Source: a bacterium
GTDB lineage: Bacteria > UBA8248
Assembly: GCA_965200245.1 (NCBI GenBank)
Contig: CBDATS010000004.1
Coordinates: 224,001-288,000 of the forward strand
Length of the DNA stretch: 64,000 nucleotides
Direction: 5' to 3'
Shown one piece after another: positions 28,924 through 39,766 of this stretch (within the stretch, counting starts at the first letter, position 1; each line of letters opens with the position of its first letter). The notes below the pieces were generated by a model. The model was given only the letters and a program-made list of their open reading frames with translations. It had not been told where the DNA came from and searched no databases. The position numbers and the translations under genes are program-made.

Positions 28924-29826
28924 TCATTTTCCCCACACAATCGCGAACGCGCCGATTACGGACAGGGCACCGCCTATCACGATGCGCATCGTGATCTTCT
29001 CCAGTCTTTTCAGGAACAACCACGAGAAGACGATAACCCACAAAACAGAGAGGCGGTTGATAGGTATCACCTGCACCACTTCTCCCCTCCTGAAGGCCGC
29101 CCAGAGGCAAAGGGCGGCCGTCGTATTCGCGGCCACCCCGCACGCAATCGTCACGAGTCCCCTGGGACTCCAGTTCTTCGCCCCTTTTTCTTCTTTCGTG
29201 AACGGCATCGCGGCAAGGAGCAATGCCGTCGCCGTAATGGTGGATATCGCGATTCCCAAAGATTCGGAAGGCATGATGGCGAGAGCGTATTTTCTGAAGA
29301 CGAACGTCAGGGAAAACAGGAAGGAAGCCACGACCGGCACGAGAAAATAGATGAGAACGACATTCCGTGCTTCGGGCCCTTTTTTGCCGGATTCGCGTTC
29401 ATGGACCAGAAGAACGGCCCCGACCATGATGGCTATCGTGCCGACGGCCACGCCCGCGGTGAACTGCTCCCCCAATATGAAAACGCCCATGAACGCAGAC
29501 CAAACCAGGATAGACTGCACCATAATCTGCGTCCGGGCCAAGCCGATCAGCCGCATCGACCAAAAAATCATGTAGCGTCCAATAGAACTGCCGAATATTC
29601 CGATGAGCATGAACCAGATAAAGGCCTCCAGGTGCCATGCGACTCCTTCGTCCCACAAGAGATAGAGCGCGACAGCCAGCGTCGCAGTGAGGGCGTTCAT
29701 CGAAATGGCCGCAATCGCAGGCCCGATGTGGAGAAGCGCCTTCCGATAGAATACCTGGGAGATGGCGACAAAAAACGCCGCTATGAACGACAAGAGATTC
29801 GGGTGTAATGACTTGAGCAAGACCAC
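28924..29826 (-). CDS. DMT/EamA family transporter
   Basis: About 10 TM helices in EamA repeats. Confidence 0.85.
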   Translation of the reverse strand: MVLLKSLHPNLLSFIAAFFVAISQVFYRKALLHIGPAIAAISMNALTATLAVALYLLWDEGVAWHLEAFIWFMLIGIFGSSIGRYMIFWSMRLIGLARTQIMVQSILVWSAFMGVFILGEQFTAGVAVGTIAIMVGAVLLVHERESGKKGPEARNVVLIYFLVPVVASFLFSLTFVFRKYALAIMPSESLGIAISTITATALLLAAMPFTKEEKGAKNWSPRGLVTIACGVAANTTAALCLWAAFRRGEVVQVIPINRLSVLWVIVFSWLFLKRLEKITMRIVIGGALSVIGAFAIVWGK

Positions 29827-30046
29827 CCCATGAAGAAACGATTTGTTCGGCGATGCCAGATAATCCAGCCGCCAAAAAAGACATTATGCCCGTCTTCCAC
29901 TCATCTTGTTCGTGACACCCGAAAACCCATCTGCGGCCCTATCCGGCCAGCCTCGCACGGGGACAAAAGAAAGGACCCACTGGAAAGGACCCGACAATCA
30001 GAACGATTCCCGAAATGAGCACGCGGGAAAATTTTCCGATTTCACC

Positions 30047-31942
30047 TCAGGCGGGAGGATAACCCAAGCCGACGAGAGCCTCCTCGATTTCAGACAGGAT
30101 GGCCGGATCGTCGATAGTGGCCGGCACCCTGTATGCCTCTCCATCTGCGATGCTCGCCATCGTCCCCCGCAAAATCTTGCCCGAGCGCGTCTTGGGCAAG
30201 CGGTTCACCACCGTAGCCTGGCGGAATGAGGCGACTGCGCCGATCTTCTGGCGAACGAGCTGGACCACCTCGCCGACGATGTCTTCGTCGTTTCTATCAA
30301 CGCCCGCCTTGAGCACCAGGAAGCCGAGCGGAAGTTGGCCCTTGAGTTGATCCTTCACGCCGATAACAGCGCACTCAGCCACGTCGGGGTGGGCCGATAA
30401 CACCTCTTCCATCCCGCCCGTCGAGAGTCTGTGACCCGCCACATTGATAATGTCGTCCGTCCTCGACATCACGTAGACGTAGCCCTCCTCATCCATGTAA
30501 CCGGCATCGCCTGTCTTGTAGAAACCCGGGTATTCACTCAAATAGGAGTCGATGAAGCGCTCGTCCGCGTTCCACAGCGTGGGCAGGCACCCAGGCGGCA
30601 AGGGAAGCCTGACACACAGCGCGCCCATCTGTCCCGCTCCAAGCTCGCGGCATTCCGTGTCCAAAACCTTGAAATCGTAGCCGGGCACCGCTTTGGAGGG
30701 TGAGCCGTACTTGACTGGCATATGCTCGATTCCCATGGGATTCGCCAACATCGGCCAGCCGGTCTCCGTCTGCCAGTAGTGGTCGATAACGGGAACCTGC
30801 AGGTGCTGTTCCGCCCATTGGATCGTGTCCGGATCCGAGCGTTCGCCTGCCAGGAAAAGAATGCGGAACCTGTGGAGATCGTACTTTTTCATGAGTTCGG
30901 CGTCCGGGTCGTCTCGCTTGATAGCACGGAACGCCGTGGGCGCGGTGAAGAAAACCTCCACTCCATGCTCGGAAATGATGCGCCAGAAAACACCTGCATC
31001 GGGTGTCCCCACAGGCTTGCCCTCGAAAAGGATGGTGGTACAACCGTGAAGGAGCGGTGCGTACACAATATAGGAATGCCCCACAACCCAGCCGACATCG
31101 GAAGCGGCCCAGAATACCTGCCCCGGTGATACGTCGTACACGTTTTGCATTGACCATTTGAGAGCCACCATGTGACCGGCGTTGTCCCTCACCACTCCCT
31201 TGGGCTGGCCCGTCGTTCCCGAAGTGTAAAGAATATACAGTGGATCCGTGGCGGCAACGGGCACGCAGGCCGCTGGTGAAGCGTCACCAAGCGCATCGTT
31301 CCACTCGACGTCACGACCTTCGATGAGTTCCGCCTCGACCTGTGAGCGCTGGAGAATGATGCACTTTTCGGGTTTCACGCTGGATATGTTGATCGCCTCA
31401 TCAAGCAGTGGTTTGTAAGCGATGATGCCCGAGGGCTCGACCCCACAGGATGCGGAGATCATGAGCTTAGGTTTCGCATCCTCTATACGCGTGGCCAGTT
31501 CATTCGGCGCAAAGCCCCCGAAAACGACCGAATGCACCACACCGATGCGCGCGCAAGCCAGCATGGCGATGGCGGCTTCGGGCACCATCGGCATATAGAT
31601 GATGGCGCGGTCTCCCTTTTCCAACCCCTGGGCCTTGAGGGCACCTGCGAAATGCGCCACCAAATGCTGCAATTCCCTATAGGTTATCTTTTCTGTGGAA
31701 CCACCCGTGATGGGCGTGTCGTATATCAGGGCGAGTTGTTCCCCTCGCCCTTCTTCGACATGCCGGTCGACCGCGTTATAGCAGGTGTTGACCTCTCCTC
31801 CAGTAAACCAGCGATAAAAGGGCGGGTTCGAGTCATCAAGCACTTTCTCCCACTTCTTATACCAGTAGATTTCCTCCGCGGCTTCCGCCCAGAATGCTTC
31901 CGCCTCCGAGAGGGAACGGCCGTGAACCTCTGCATAGCCCAT
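30047..31942 (-). CDS. prpE: Propionyl-CoA synthetase
   Basis: YTSGTTGQPKG, DHYWQTETG, VAGHRLSTG, PKTRSGKILR. Confidence 0.88.
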   Translation of the reverse strand: MGYAEVHGRSLSEAEAFWAEAAEEIYWYKKWEKVLDDSNPPFYRWFTGGEVNTCYNAVDRHVEEGRGEQLALIYDTPITGGSTEKITYRELQHLVAHFAGALKAQGLEKGDRAIIYMPMVPEAAIAMLACARIGVVHSVVFGGFAPNELATRIEDAKPKLMISASCGVEPSGIIAYKPLLDEAINISSVKPEKCIILQRSQVEAELIEGRDVEWNDALGDASPAACVPVAATDPLYILYTSGTTGQPKGVVRDNAGHMVALKWSMQNVYDVSPGQVFWAASDVGWVVGHSYIVYAPLLHGCTTILFEGKPVGTPDAGVFWRIISEHGVEVFFTAPTAFRAIKRDDPDAELMKKYDLHRFRILFLAGERSDPDTIQWAEQHLQVPVIDHYWQTETGWPMLANPMGIEHMPVKYGSPSKAVPGYDFKVLDTECRELGAGQMGALCVRLPLPPGCLPTLWNADERFIDSYLSEYPGFYKTGDAGYMDEEGYVYVMSRTDDIINVAGHRLSTGGMEEVLSAHPDVAECAVIGVKDQLKGQLPLGFLVLKAGVDRNDEDIVGEVVQLVRQKIGAVASFRQATVVNRLPKTRSGKILRGTMASIADGEAYRVPATIDDPAILSEIEEALVGLGYPPA

Positions 31943-32382
31943 ACTTATTCCTCCAAGCCGAAAATGCGTATCTCTTAGTGAATCATCATATTTGTCTGGA
32001 ATCGTAAAGATTTATTGTAACAAATTCCGCCTGTATTTGCGCGACCGGAGGGAATCAAACTGACCCACTACCAACCTTGTGGGAGTGTCTCACTTAGAAA
32101 AGAATCAAACAGTTACGCAGGGCTCATCATGCGGAAGTGCATTCGCCACTCCACGCGTCTTACGAATACACCCTCAAAGCGCCTGGAGAATCAGATGCAC
32201 ATACAATCTTTTGAATGGCTTGGACTTACGGTTTCTTTCTGTACCGGACGTGATCAATCTTGCAGAAGACTCCGAAATCCTGGCAGATATTCTCATTCCG
32301 GCGGGTGATTGGCCTCTCCCCCCTTGGGCGTCAAATACTACAGTTCGCTCCGCCGAACACTCCCCGGTTGATCATGTTCGAT

Positions 32383-33684
32383 TTACAACTCGATCACGTC
32401 CATCGCGTCGGGGTTGAGGATGCGGGGGCCATTCTCCTCCACGATCACCTGTGGCCCGAAGACCATGAACATCCTGTCTTCGTGCGCGGCCTTGACCTCC
32501 ACGGCGAGGGCCATGCCCGCCTGCACCTCGAAATCCTCCAAGAAGCCGTAGCGCCCGCCCGCCAGTTCGCACCATTCGGGGTTCTCGGAAAGACTCCCCT
32601 CAACGAATGGCTCGCGCCACGGGAAGTTCCGGGGAATATCGCCTGCGCATATCGTCGTCATGGGCGGCTCAATGCCGTCGAGCCCCACCCCGTGCACCTG
32701 GGGAATCTCGTGATAATACCCGTTCCGCAAAACCGCCTCGTTCGAGGCACGGTCCACCTCGGACCAGGGCGTGCCCGGCTTCAAGGCGTCGAGCGCGGCG
32801 TGGAGGCTTTCGAGCACTGCTTCTCGAATCGGTTTGTAGTCATCATCCATCGGCCCCAGCGACATCGAGGTGTGGGGGTGGCTGTAGTAACCCCCGTAGC
32901 GCGAATAATAGCCGATGCACAGCATGTCGCCTGTATGGAGAATCCTGTCCGTGGGCCTTCTGTTCACCGGATAGCCCTTTCCCGAGCACATGATAAGCCA
33001 ACTATCGCGGCCGGGCTCCGCGCCTGCGCGCAGGCTCGCGCTGAAAAGTTCCGCATACACCTCGCTCTCCCGCACGCCTGGGCGGCAGCATCGGAGCACG
33101 GCGTCTATCTCAATGTTCACCATCTCGGCGGCTTTCTCCATCATCGCGACCTCTTCGGCGCTCTTCTTGATCCGCAGACGCGTGAGAATGTCCGAGGCGT
33201 CGGCAAACTCCGCATCTGGCAGAAGCCTTTTCAGGTTCTGATACGTCATGTAGGGAATTGCCCCCTCCGCGCCGTATCCTCCGCCGATCAGGCCGACGAT
33301 ACCGATTTTTCCGCTTTCATACCCCAGTTCCTTGATGGCGTCTGTGGCCACGACGCTCACCTTCCCCTCGTGCCCCCGGTAGCGCACTCCCTCGAAACAC
33401 GACTCGGTGTACCACTTGCCCCAGTTCTGAAGTAACCAGAATGTTACGGGCGCACCTTTTCGGGGAAATACCATGCTGCGCTCCCCGTAATCGCTTCCAT
33501 CAAGCCAGCGGGTGTTGCCGTTGCCGTTCGAGCCGCGCCCGATGACGATGAGACAATCGAGCCCGCGCTCGTCCATGGCGGCGCGCACTGCGTCCCACCG
33601 CCTGTCGCGTTCCTCGCTGGAAAACGAAGCCGCCGCATCGCCAGTGCGGCTGTCTCTTGGGAAAAACCTGGGATCCGTTACCAT
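32383..33684 (-). CDS. M24 (Xaa-Pro peptidase/creatinase-like) family protein
   Basis: Creatinase N-domain, KSAEE, HGVGL; most M24 metal ligands not evident. Confidence 0.75.
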   Translation of the reverse strand: MVTDPRFFPRDSRTGDAAASFSSEERDRRWDAVRAAMDERGLDCLIVIGRGSNGNGNTRWLDGSDYGERSMVFPRKGAPVTFWLLQNWGKWYTESCFEGVRYRGHEGKVSVVATDAIKELGYESGKIGIVGLIGGGYGAEGAIPYMTYQNLKRLLPDAEFADASDILTRLRIKKSAEEVAMMEKAAEMVNIEIDAVLRCCRPGVRESEVYAELFSASLRAGAEPGRDSWLIMCSGKGYPVNRRPTDRILHTGDMLCIGYYSRYGGYYSHPHTSMSLGPMDDDYKPIREAVLESLHAALDALKPGTPWSEVDRASNEAVLRNGYYHEIPQVHGVGLDGIEPPMTTICAGDIPRNFPWREPFVEGSLSENPEWCELAGGRYGFLEDFEVQAGMALAVEVKAAHEDRMFMVFGPQVIVEENGPRILNPDAMDVIEL

Positions 33685-33804
33685 TGGGCTCTCCTGAGTT
33701 TTCGAGTCGAATCTCTTCCGCACGACTGGACGCAGACACGCGGAATCATTTAGCCTCAAGTAGCACTATATCCGCACTATAACAAATGGGCCGGACGCCT
33801 AAAA

Positions 33805-34938
33805 ATGAGTGAAGCACAATTCGTCTGTATCGACTGCGGGGAGGAATATCTCACCGACCTCCCCCGCTGGCGGTGCGACTGCGGCGGCCCTCTGGAATTG
33901 ACACCGAACGGCGTCTTTGCGCGCGAATCCCTGGCTTCCCGTCCTGCCACATTGTGGCGCTACAGGGAGGCGATTCCCGTCAAATCGGATGCGAACATCG
34001 TCAGCATGAACGAGGGCATGACACCGCTCGTCCCCTTCGCTTTCTCGGGTGCAGAAATTCTCTGCAAACTCGATTTTCTCTTCCCCACCGGCTCGTTCAA
34101 GGATCGCGGAGCCACCGTGCTATTGAGCAAGCTGAAGGAGTGGGGACTCGGCCAAGTCCTCATGGATTCTTCGGGCAACGCTGCCGCCGCCGTCTCTGCC
34201 TACGCCGCGCGCGCGGGGATCGAATGCGATGTCTACGTTCCCGCTTCCACCTCTTCGGCCAAGTGCGCGCAAATCGCTGCCTACGGTGCGAGTCTCAGGA
34301 AAATCGAAGACCCTCGATCCGCCGCAACAGCCGCGGCTATCAAAGCGGCGGAAAAACGCTTCTACGCCTCTCATTTCTGGAACCCCTGGTTCAATCACGG
34401 CACCAAGACCTGGGCGTTCGAGGTGTGGGAACAATCGGGCTTTACGGCGCCCGACGCCGTGGTCGTCCCCGCCGGACATGGATCTGCGCTCATCGGCGCC
34501 TACCTGGGCTTTTCGGAACTCCTCCGGGCGGGTCATATCGACGAACTCCCGAGAATCTTCGCGGCCCAGGCGGCGAAGTGCGCGCCGATGGTGAAGATGT
34601 GGGAGGAGAACCTGGAAGTCGTACCCGAAATAGCACCCGAGAACACGCTGGCCGAGGGCATCTCCATCACTGCGCCCGTGCGCTGGAAGCAAATGCGCGA
34701 TGCGGTGCTTGAAAGCGGAGGCAGCTTTGTCGCGGTAGAAGACGAAAAGTTGCCTCCTCTCCTCCGGGAGTTCGGCGCGAAGGGCCTGCTGATGGAACCG
34801 ACGAGCGCCGTCGCCTTCGCAGCTGTCGAGTCATTGAGAGAACACGGCAAGATTACACCGTCCGACGCCGTGGTCGTTCCGGTAACAGGTCATGGCCTCA
34901 AGGCCGCCGATAAGCTCGAAAAGATCATGAGTGTCTGA
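33805..34938 (+). CDS. Threonine synthase-like PLP enzyme
   Basis: N-terminal CxxC/CxC, PTGSFKDRG, SSGNA, TGHGLK. Confidence 0.88.
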   Translation: MSEAQFVCIDCGEEYLTDLPRWRCDCGGPLELTPNGVFARESLASRPATLWRYREAIPVKSDANIVSMNEGMTPLVPFAFSGAEILCKLDFLFPTGSFKDRGATVLLSKLKEWGLGQVLMDSSGNAAAAVSAYAARAGIECDVYVPASTSSAKCAQIAAYGASLRKIEDPRSAATAAAIKAAEKRFYASHFWNPWFNHGTKTWAFEVWEQSGFTAPDAVVVPAGHGSALIGAYLGFSELLRAGHIDELPRIFAAQAAKCAPMVKMWEENLEVVPEIAPENTLAEGISITAPVRWKQMRDAVLESGGSFVAVEDEKLPPLLREFGAKGLLMEPTSAVAFAAVESLREHGKITPSDAVVVPVTGHGLKAADKLEKIMSV

Positions 34939-35663
34939 TGGATTTTCGCCGCACCGAACGGACGAGGGGCGCCTATTTCCGCAAAGGGATGAAACATTGC
35001 GTTCAGGCACCCGGTATCGGACTTTTCGCCGCCATGTCGGGCTTCGGCGCGCTCGCCAGGGACAGCGGTGTCTCGCTCCTCATCGCGTTGGGCATGACAG
35101 GTGGCATGTGGAGCACGCCGGGCCAGGTGGCCTTCGTGGAACTTTTCGGCGCCAGCGTCGGTGGATTCGCGCTCATAGCCTCGGTCACCATTGCCAACGT
35201 GCGGATGTTTCCCCTCACAATCGCCACCATACCCTTGCTGAGGACTCGAACGGGCGTTGAACCCGTACATTTCTGGATGGCCCACATCAACTCGGTCACT
35301 TCGTTCGTTCAGGTCGTAGAGATGAGCCAACACATCCCGGACAAGAGCCTGCGGACCGCCTATTTTTTCGGCTTCACGACCGCCTGCATGTCATTGGGCC
35401 TGCTCGGCACTGCGTCCGGTTACACGATGGCCTCCAGGATGCCCGGCCTCATCGCGCGGACACTCATGCTCATCACGCCGCTCTTCATGCTGTTGCTGGC
35501 CGCCCAGAGCAGCCGGCGCTCTGTCCTGATGTCGGTGGTGCTTGGCTGCGCGCTCGTGCCACTGGGGTATCTCCTCTCCACGAACTGGGGTCTCCTCACG
35601 GGCGGCGTTCTGGCCGGAACACTCGCCTTTGGGGTCGAGAGAATGAGGAAGAACGATGCCTGA
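34938..35663 (+). CDS. AzlC family exporter subunit
   Basis: PGQ, ANVRMFP, TM helices; coupled to the downstream AzlD. Confidence 0.82.
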   Translation: MDFRRTERTRGAYFRKGMKHCVQAPGIGLFAAMSGFGALARDSGVSLLIALGMTGGMWSTPGQVAFVELFGASVGGFALIASVTIANVRMFPLTIATIPLLRTRTGVEPVHFWMAHINSVTSFVQVVEMSQHIPDKSLRTAYFFGFTTACMSLGLLGTASGYTMASRMPGLIARTLMLITPLFMLLLAAQSSRRSVLMSVVLGCALVPLGYLLSTNWGLLTGGVLAGTLAFGVERMRKNDA

Positions 35664-35988
35664 TGCCGCGAGCCTTTTGGGAATCGCCATCGTCTGCACC
35701 TATTCCTGGCGGTGGATGGGCGTGCTCGTCGCGGGTCGAATAGAGGACGACAGCCCCGTCTTCGAGTGGGTGACCTGCGTGGCCTACGCCATCGCCACAG
35801 GACTGATGATGAAGATCATCCTTCTGCCCGGTGGCGCGCTTGCCCAGACGAATCTCATCGACCGCCTCGCGGGGCTGGCGGTCTGTATAGGCGTCTTCTA
35901 TGCTGCGGGGAAAAACCTGCTTGCAGGCCTCGGCGCGGGCGTATGTATATTTATGTTGTTGCCGGGCTTGCGGCACCTTTTGCTTTAG
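35656..35988 (+). CDS. AzlD domain protein
   Basis: TYSWRWMG, small hydrophobic partner of AzlC. Confidence 0.78.
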   Translation: MPDAASLLGIAIVCTYSWRWMGVLVAGRIEDDSPVFEWVTCVAYAIATGLMMKIILLPGGALAQTNLIDRLAGLAVCIGVFYAAGKNLLAGLGAGVCIFMLLPGLRHLLL

Positions 35989-36017
35989 GGGCCGAATCCA
36001 CAGAGAGGAGAAAAACC

Positions 36018-36857
36018 ATGGGCATCACCGAAACCCCCTGGGCCCACGAGAAAAGCTGGCGTGAGGTACGCGAATATCTCGATTCGGGCCAGGATATTGT
36101 CCTCCTGCCCGTGGGGAGCGTGGAACAGCACGGCCCGCATATGCCCATGGGTCACGACGCGCTCGCCGCGCACAACGTCGCTCAAGATGCGGGACAGCGG
36201 GCAGGCGTTCTGGTCTACCCCACACTCTGGTACGGCTGGAGCAATAACCACATGGCGCTTGCGGGCACGATTACGCTGAGACCAGAAACACTCACCGCCG
36301 TCGTGACCGACATCATGAGTAGTCTCCTCTACCACGGCTTCAATCGGGTGGTCCTGGTGAACGGACACCGGAGGGCCAACCTCGCGCCGCTCGAAATCGC
36401 CGTCAACCAGATGCGCCAGAAGACAGGGGCTGTACTCGCCATCGTGGATGTAGGCATCATCGCCTTCGACAGGATTCCTGAAATCAGAACCACGTCCCCC
36501 GGCGGGCAGGGCCACGCGTGCGAACTGGAAACCTCGCATGCTCTTCATATGTATCCTCATCTGGTGGAAATGGAAAAAAGCGCGCCCAATTACTCGAACC
36601 CGAATCCAGATTGGATGACTGCGCACCACATTTCGGATCCGGCGGTGGATGCGCCGCGCTTTTTCTACCCCAAGACGGTCGCCGAATACCGGGCCGAAAT
36701 CGGCGATCAGGGACAATCGGGCGACCCGACGGCGGCAACTGCCGAAAAAGGACACGCCTTCCACGAGGTCGTGGTGGAAAGGCTCATTGGCGTCATCGAG
36801 TATCTGAAAGCCAGAGAGGTGAACATCCAACACCGCCCCGCGCCATTCGATGACTAA
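36018..36857 (+). CDS. Creatininase family protein
   Basis: GSVEQHGPHMP..D, NGH, GHACELETS, GDPTAATAEKG. Confidence 0.92.
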   Translation: MGITETPWAHEKSWREVREYLDSGQDIVLLPVGSVEQHGPHMPMGHDALAAHNVAQDAGQRAGVLVYPTLWYGWSNNHMALAGTITLRPETLTAVVTDIMSSLLYHGFNRVVLVNGHRRANLAPLEIAVNQMRQKTGAVLAIVDVGIIAFDRIPEIRTTSPGGQGHACELETSHALHMYPHLVEMEKSAPNYSNPNPDWMTAHHISDPAVDAPRFFYPKTVAEYRAEIGDQGQSGDPTAATAEKGHAFHEVVVERLIGVIEYLKAREVNIQHRPAPFDD

Positions 36858-36895
36858 GGGCGAGCAGCGCAGGTTTTTCGCACCGAAACGGGAGA

Positions 36896-38080
36896 TTGAG
36901 ATTGCCGAAAAGAAAGCCAAGCAGCTATTTCATGGGCTACAAAAGGCCGAGTGGGCCGCCCGGGGCGAGGAATCACCTCGTCGTCGTAAGCGCGATGGAC
37001 AATGCCAATCCCCTGGCGCGGCGGATCGGGAAACTCGTGCGCGAGGCAGTCATCGTGAACACGACATTCGGCAGAAACCTTTTCGGTGAGGATGAGAAGC
37101 AGCACTACCGGGTGATGGGCCGTACGGCGGGTCACCCGAACGTGGGTGCGGCCATCGTCGTGAGCCTGGAGCCCAAAAGCGCACAGGACGTCGCCGACGT
37201 CGCGGCGGAAACCTCACCCTGGATGCCCATCGAAACCCTCACCATCCACGAAACAGGCGGCACACTCCAGACGGCGAACCGGGGGGTGGAGATAGCCCAG
37301 AAACTTTACCGGCACCTGAGCGTTGCGAGGCGCAGGCGATGCCAATTGTCCGAGATCACCATGGGAACAGAATGCGGCGGATCGGACACCACGAGCGGGC
37401 TGGTGGCGAACCCGGTTACCGGGGTGCTTTCGGACAGGATCGTGGACGCAGGGGGCGTCGTCCTTTTTTCGGAAACCATGGAAATCGTCGGCGCCGAGCA
37501 TCTTCTGGCAAAACGCGCGGCGAACAAGAAAGTGCGGGCGAAATTGCTCGGAGCGGTAAAACGCACGATGGACTACGCCCACGAGATGGGGATGGATATC
37601 ATCGGTTGCAACCCGACGGAAGACAACATTCAGGGCGGGCTCTCCTCGATCGAGGAGAAAAGCCTGGGCGCCGTAAAAAAAGCGGGCACGCGGGAGGTCG
37701 TGGATGTTATCGTTCCAGGTGAGCGGACAAGCCGGCGGGGCTGTGTATTTCTGGACGCGCCCAGCGCGGGTGTTGAGAACGTCACGGCTCTGGCGGCGTG
37801 CGGGTCGCAGGCCATCATCTTCAACACGGGAAACGGAAATCCCATCGGTCACCCCGTCTCACCGACCATCAAGGTGACGGCAAACCCCCGCACGGCGGCA
37901 CGCATGGCGGAGAACACCGAGCTTGACATCAGCGGCGTCATGCGTGGTGAACTCTCACGGGATGAAGCCGTAAACCTCCTGCACAAGGAGTTGACGGCCG
38001 TTTTGAGCGGAAAGAGAACACGGGCGGAAATTTTGGATGATACCGAAATCACCGTGAGCCGTTTGGCGCTGAATTTATGA
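36896..38080 (+). CDS. UxaA/GarD/SuyB family dehydratase/lyase, large-subunit type (no SAF domain)
   Basis: ECGGSD, N..GGLSSIEEKSLG..KKAG, TGNG. Confidence 0.85.
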   Translation: MRLPKRKPSSYFMGYKRPSGPPGARNHLVVVSAMDNANPLARRIGKLVREAVIVNTTFGRNLFGEDEKQHYRVMGRTAGHPNVGAAIVVSLEPKSAQDVADVAAETSPWMPIETLTIHETGGTLQTANRGVEIAQKLYRHLSVARRRRCQLSEITMGTECGGSDTTSGLVANPVTGVLSDRIVDAGGVVLFSETMEIVGAEHLLAKRAANKKVRAKLLGAVKRTMDYAHEMGMDIIGCNPTEDNIQGGLSSIEEKSLGAVKKAGTREVVDVIVPGERTSRRGCVFLDAPSAGVENVTALAACGSQAIIFNTGNGNPIGHPVSPTIKVTANPRTAARMAENTELDISGVMRGELSRDEAVNLLHKELTAVLSGKRTRAEILDDTEITVSRLALNL

Positions 38081-38152
38081 TTCACAACCGGGCGATTCGT
38101 CCCTTCGCCCAGGATATTATAGATTGATGTATCGATTGGAAAGGAGTTTTTC

Positions 38153-39358
38153 ATGAACAACGCAATCACCCCCGTTCCCGTGGATGGGGACTACGTCGTC
38201 GGCCTCGCGCAGGAATTGATTCGTATTCCGGCGGAAAATCCGCCGGGCGACTGCTCCGAGGTGGCCGAGCGCATTCTCGCGGAACTAAAATCCATCGGCG
38301 TCGATCAAATCACAACTCACGAATACGAGCCGGGAATGCCCAACTTCATCATTCAAGCGGGCGACGGCGGTCCGGGAGGGCACTTCGTTATCGGCGGCCA
38401 CATGGACACCGTGCCCGTCCACCCCGAAGAAACAGACGCCTGGCAAGTCCCCCCCTTCAGCGGCGAACTCAGGGACGGCGAAATCTGGGGACGCGGCGCC
38501 GCCGACATGAAAGGTGCTCTGGCGTCCACCATCGGCGCGTTCAAGGCCCTGAAGGATGAGAAAATCACCATAAACGGAACGCTCACCTGGGTCCTGCTCT
38601 CAGACGGCGAGAAAGGGGATTACTACGGTGCGCAGTCGCTGGTCAACAACGGCGTCTTGAAGGAATTGGACGGCGACATGGTGCTCTACACCGAATCGAC
38701 GGGTAACAACATCATCCGCTCCTTCAAGGGCCGTGTGTTCTTCGAGGTCAAGGTACGCGGCCACTCGGTGCACGTGAGCGTACCCGACAAGGGAATCAAC
38801 GCCATCGAGAAGATGGCGAAGATCATCGACGCATTCAGGGCGGAGCGCATTGCGCCTCCGCCGCATCCCTTCCTGGGGCCGGGCACCCTGGCCTTCTCGA
38901 CCATCAAGGGCGGCTCCGCCGTGAACGTCGTGGGTGGTCGGTGCAGTGCCACCTTCGATGTACGTATGCTGCCGGGGCAGACCTCCGCCGGCGTCAAGGA
39001 GAAGCTCGAAGGCATCCTGGCAGAACTCGCGCTGGGCGATCCCGAGTTCGACGCTTCGGTGGAGATAATGCCGAGCGGAGCGCGCGAGGTCACCGAAATC
39101 GCGGAAGAAGAACCCGTCGTGCAACTCATGGAGCGAGTAGTGCCCGCCGTGCGGGGAACACCGAACGAGTACCTGCCCGGCATCGAGTCTCCGGGCGCAC
39201 TCAGGCTCTTCATCGAGAACGGGATCCCGGGCGTCTTCTTCGGGCCGGGCGAATTCATCTCCGAAGCCCACCTGCCGAACGAGCGCGTACCCGCGCAAAA
39301 TCTCATCGACGCCGCCGGCATGTTCGCCACCGCCGCCAGGGCACATTGCAACGAGTGA
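38153..39358 (+). CDS. M20/ArgE/DapE family metallo-hydrolase
   Basis: GHMDTVP, GRGAADMKG, AHLPNE; EE motif altered to GE. Confidence 0.85.
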   Translation: MNNAITPVPVDGDYVVGLAQELIRIPAENPPGDCSEVAERILAELKSIGVDQITTHEYEPGMPNFIIQAGDGGPGGHFVIGGHMDTVPVHPEETDAWQVPPFSGELRDGEIWGRGAADMKGALASTIGAFKALKDEKITINGTLTWVLLSDGEKGDYYGAQSLVNNGVLKELDGDMVLYTESTGNNIIRSFKGRVFFEVKVRGHSVHVSVPDKGINAIEKMAKIIDAFRAERIAPPPHPFLGPGTLAFSTIKGGSAVNVVGGRCSATFDVRMLPGQTSAGVKEKLEGILAELALGDPEFDASVEIMPSGAREVTEIAEEEPVVQLMERVVPAVRGTPNEYLPGIESPGALRLFIENGIPGVFFGPGEFISEAHLPNERVPAQNLIDAAGMFATAARAHCNE

Positions 39359-39766
39359 GGAGGGTCCCGAAGCGGCGAAGTCTCTCTCCAGAAACGTCGT
39401 CCTATGTAAATCAAGAAGGCTATAGGCGGAAACACCGTTGTTCCGACATATCGATATATCAGGCTAAATCGTCGTTCCTGAATTCTTTGAAATTTGCTGA
39501 AATTATTAAAATTATTTGTCTTTTAAAATCCTGAGCAGGAATTGCATTCCATAACATGTAAAAGCGAAAGCGGATTCACTACAACCATTGCGCATCCTAT
39601 CGCGTCCCTAGCTGACGTTTACGCAGTTCCCCCGCAAAGTCCAACTTGCAATAGCCTCTTCTCATTTTTCACCGCGATCTTCTACACTCGCTTTGCGCTC
39701 TATAACTTTGTTTCAATACACTTGAATTCGCATGCGTCAGGGACCCTGTATCAGAATCGGGTTGCG

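Noticed and set aside
31943-32382. Long spacer upstream of prpE with an IHF-like AATCAAACAGTTA (32103-32115)
   Set aside because: No sigma-54 motif, ORF or stable structure identified; a single 13-mer match is insufficient
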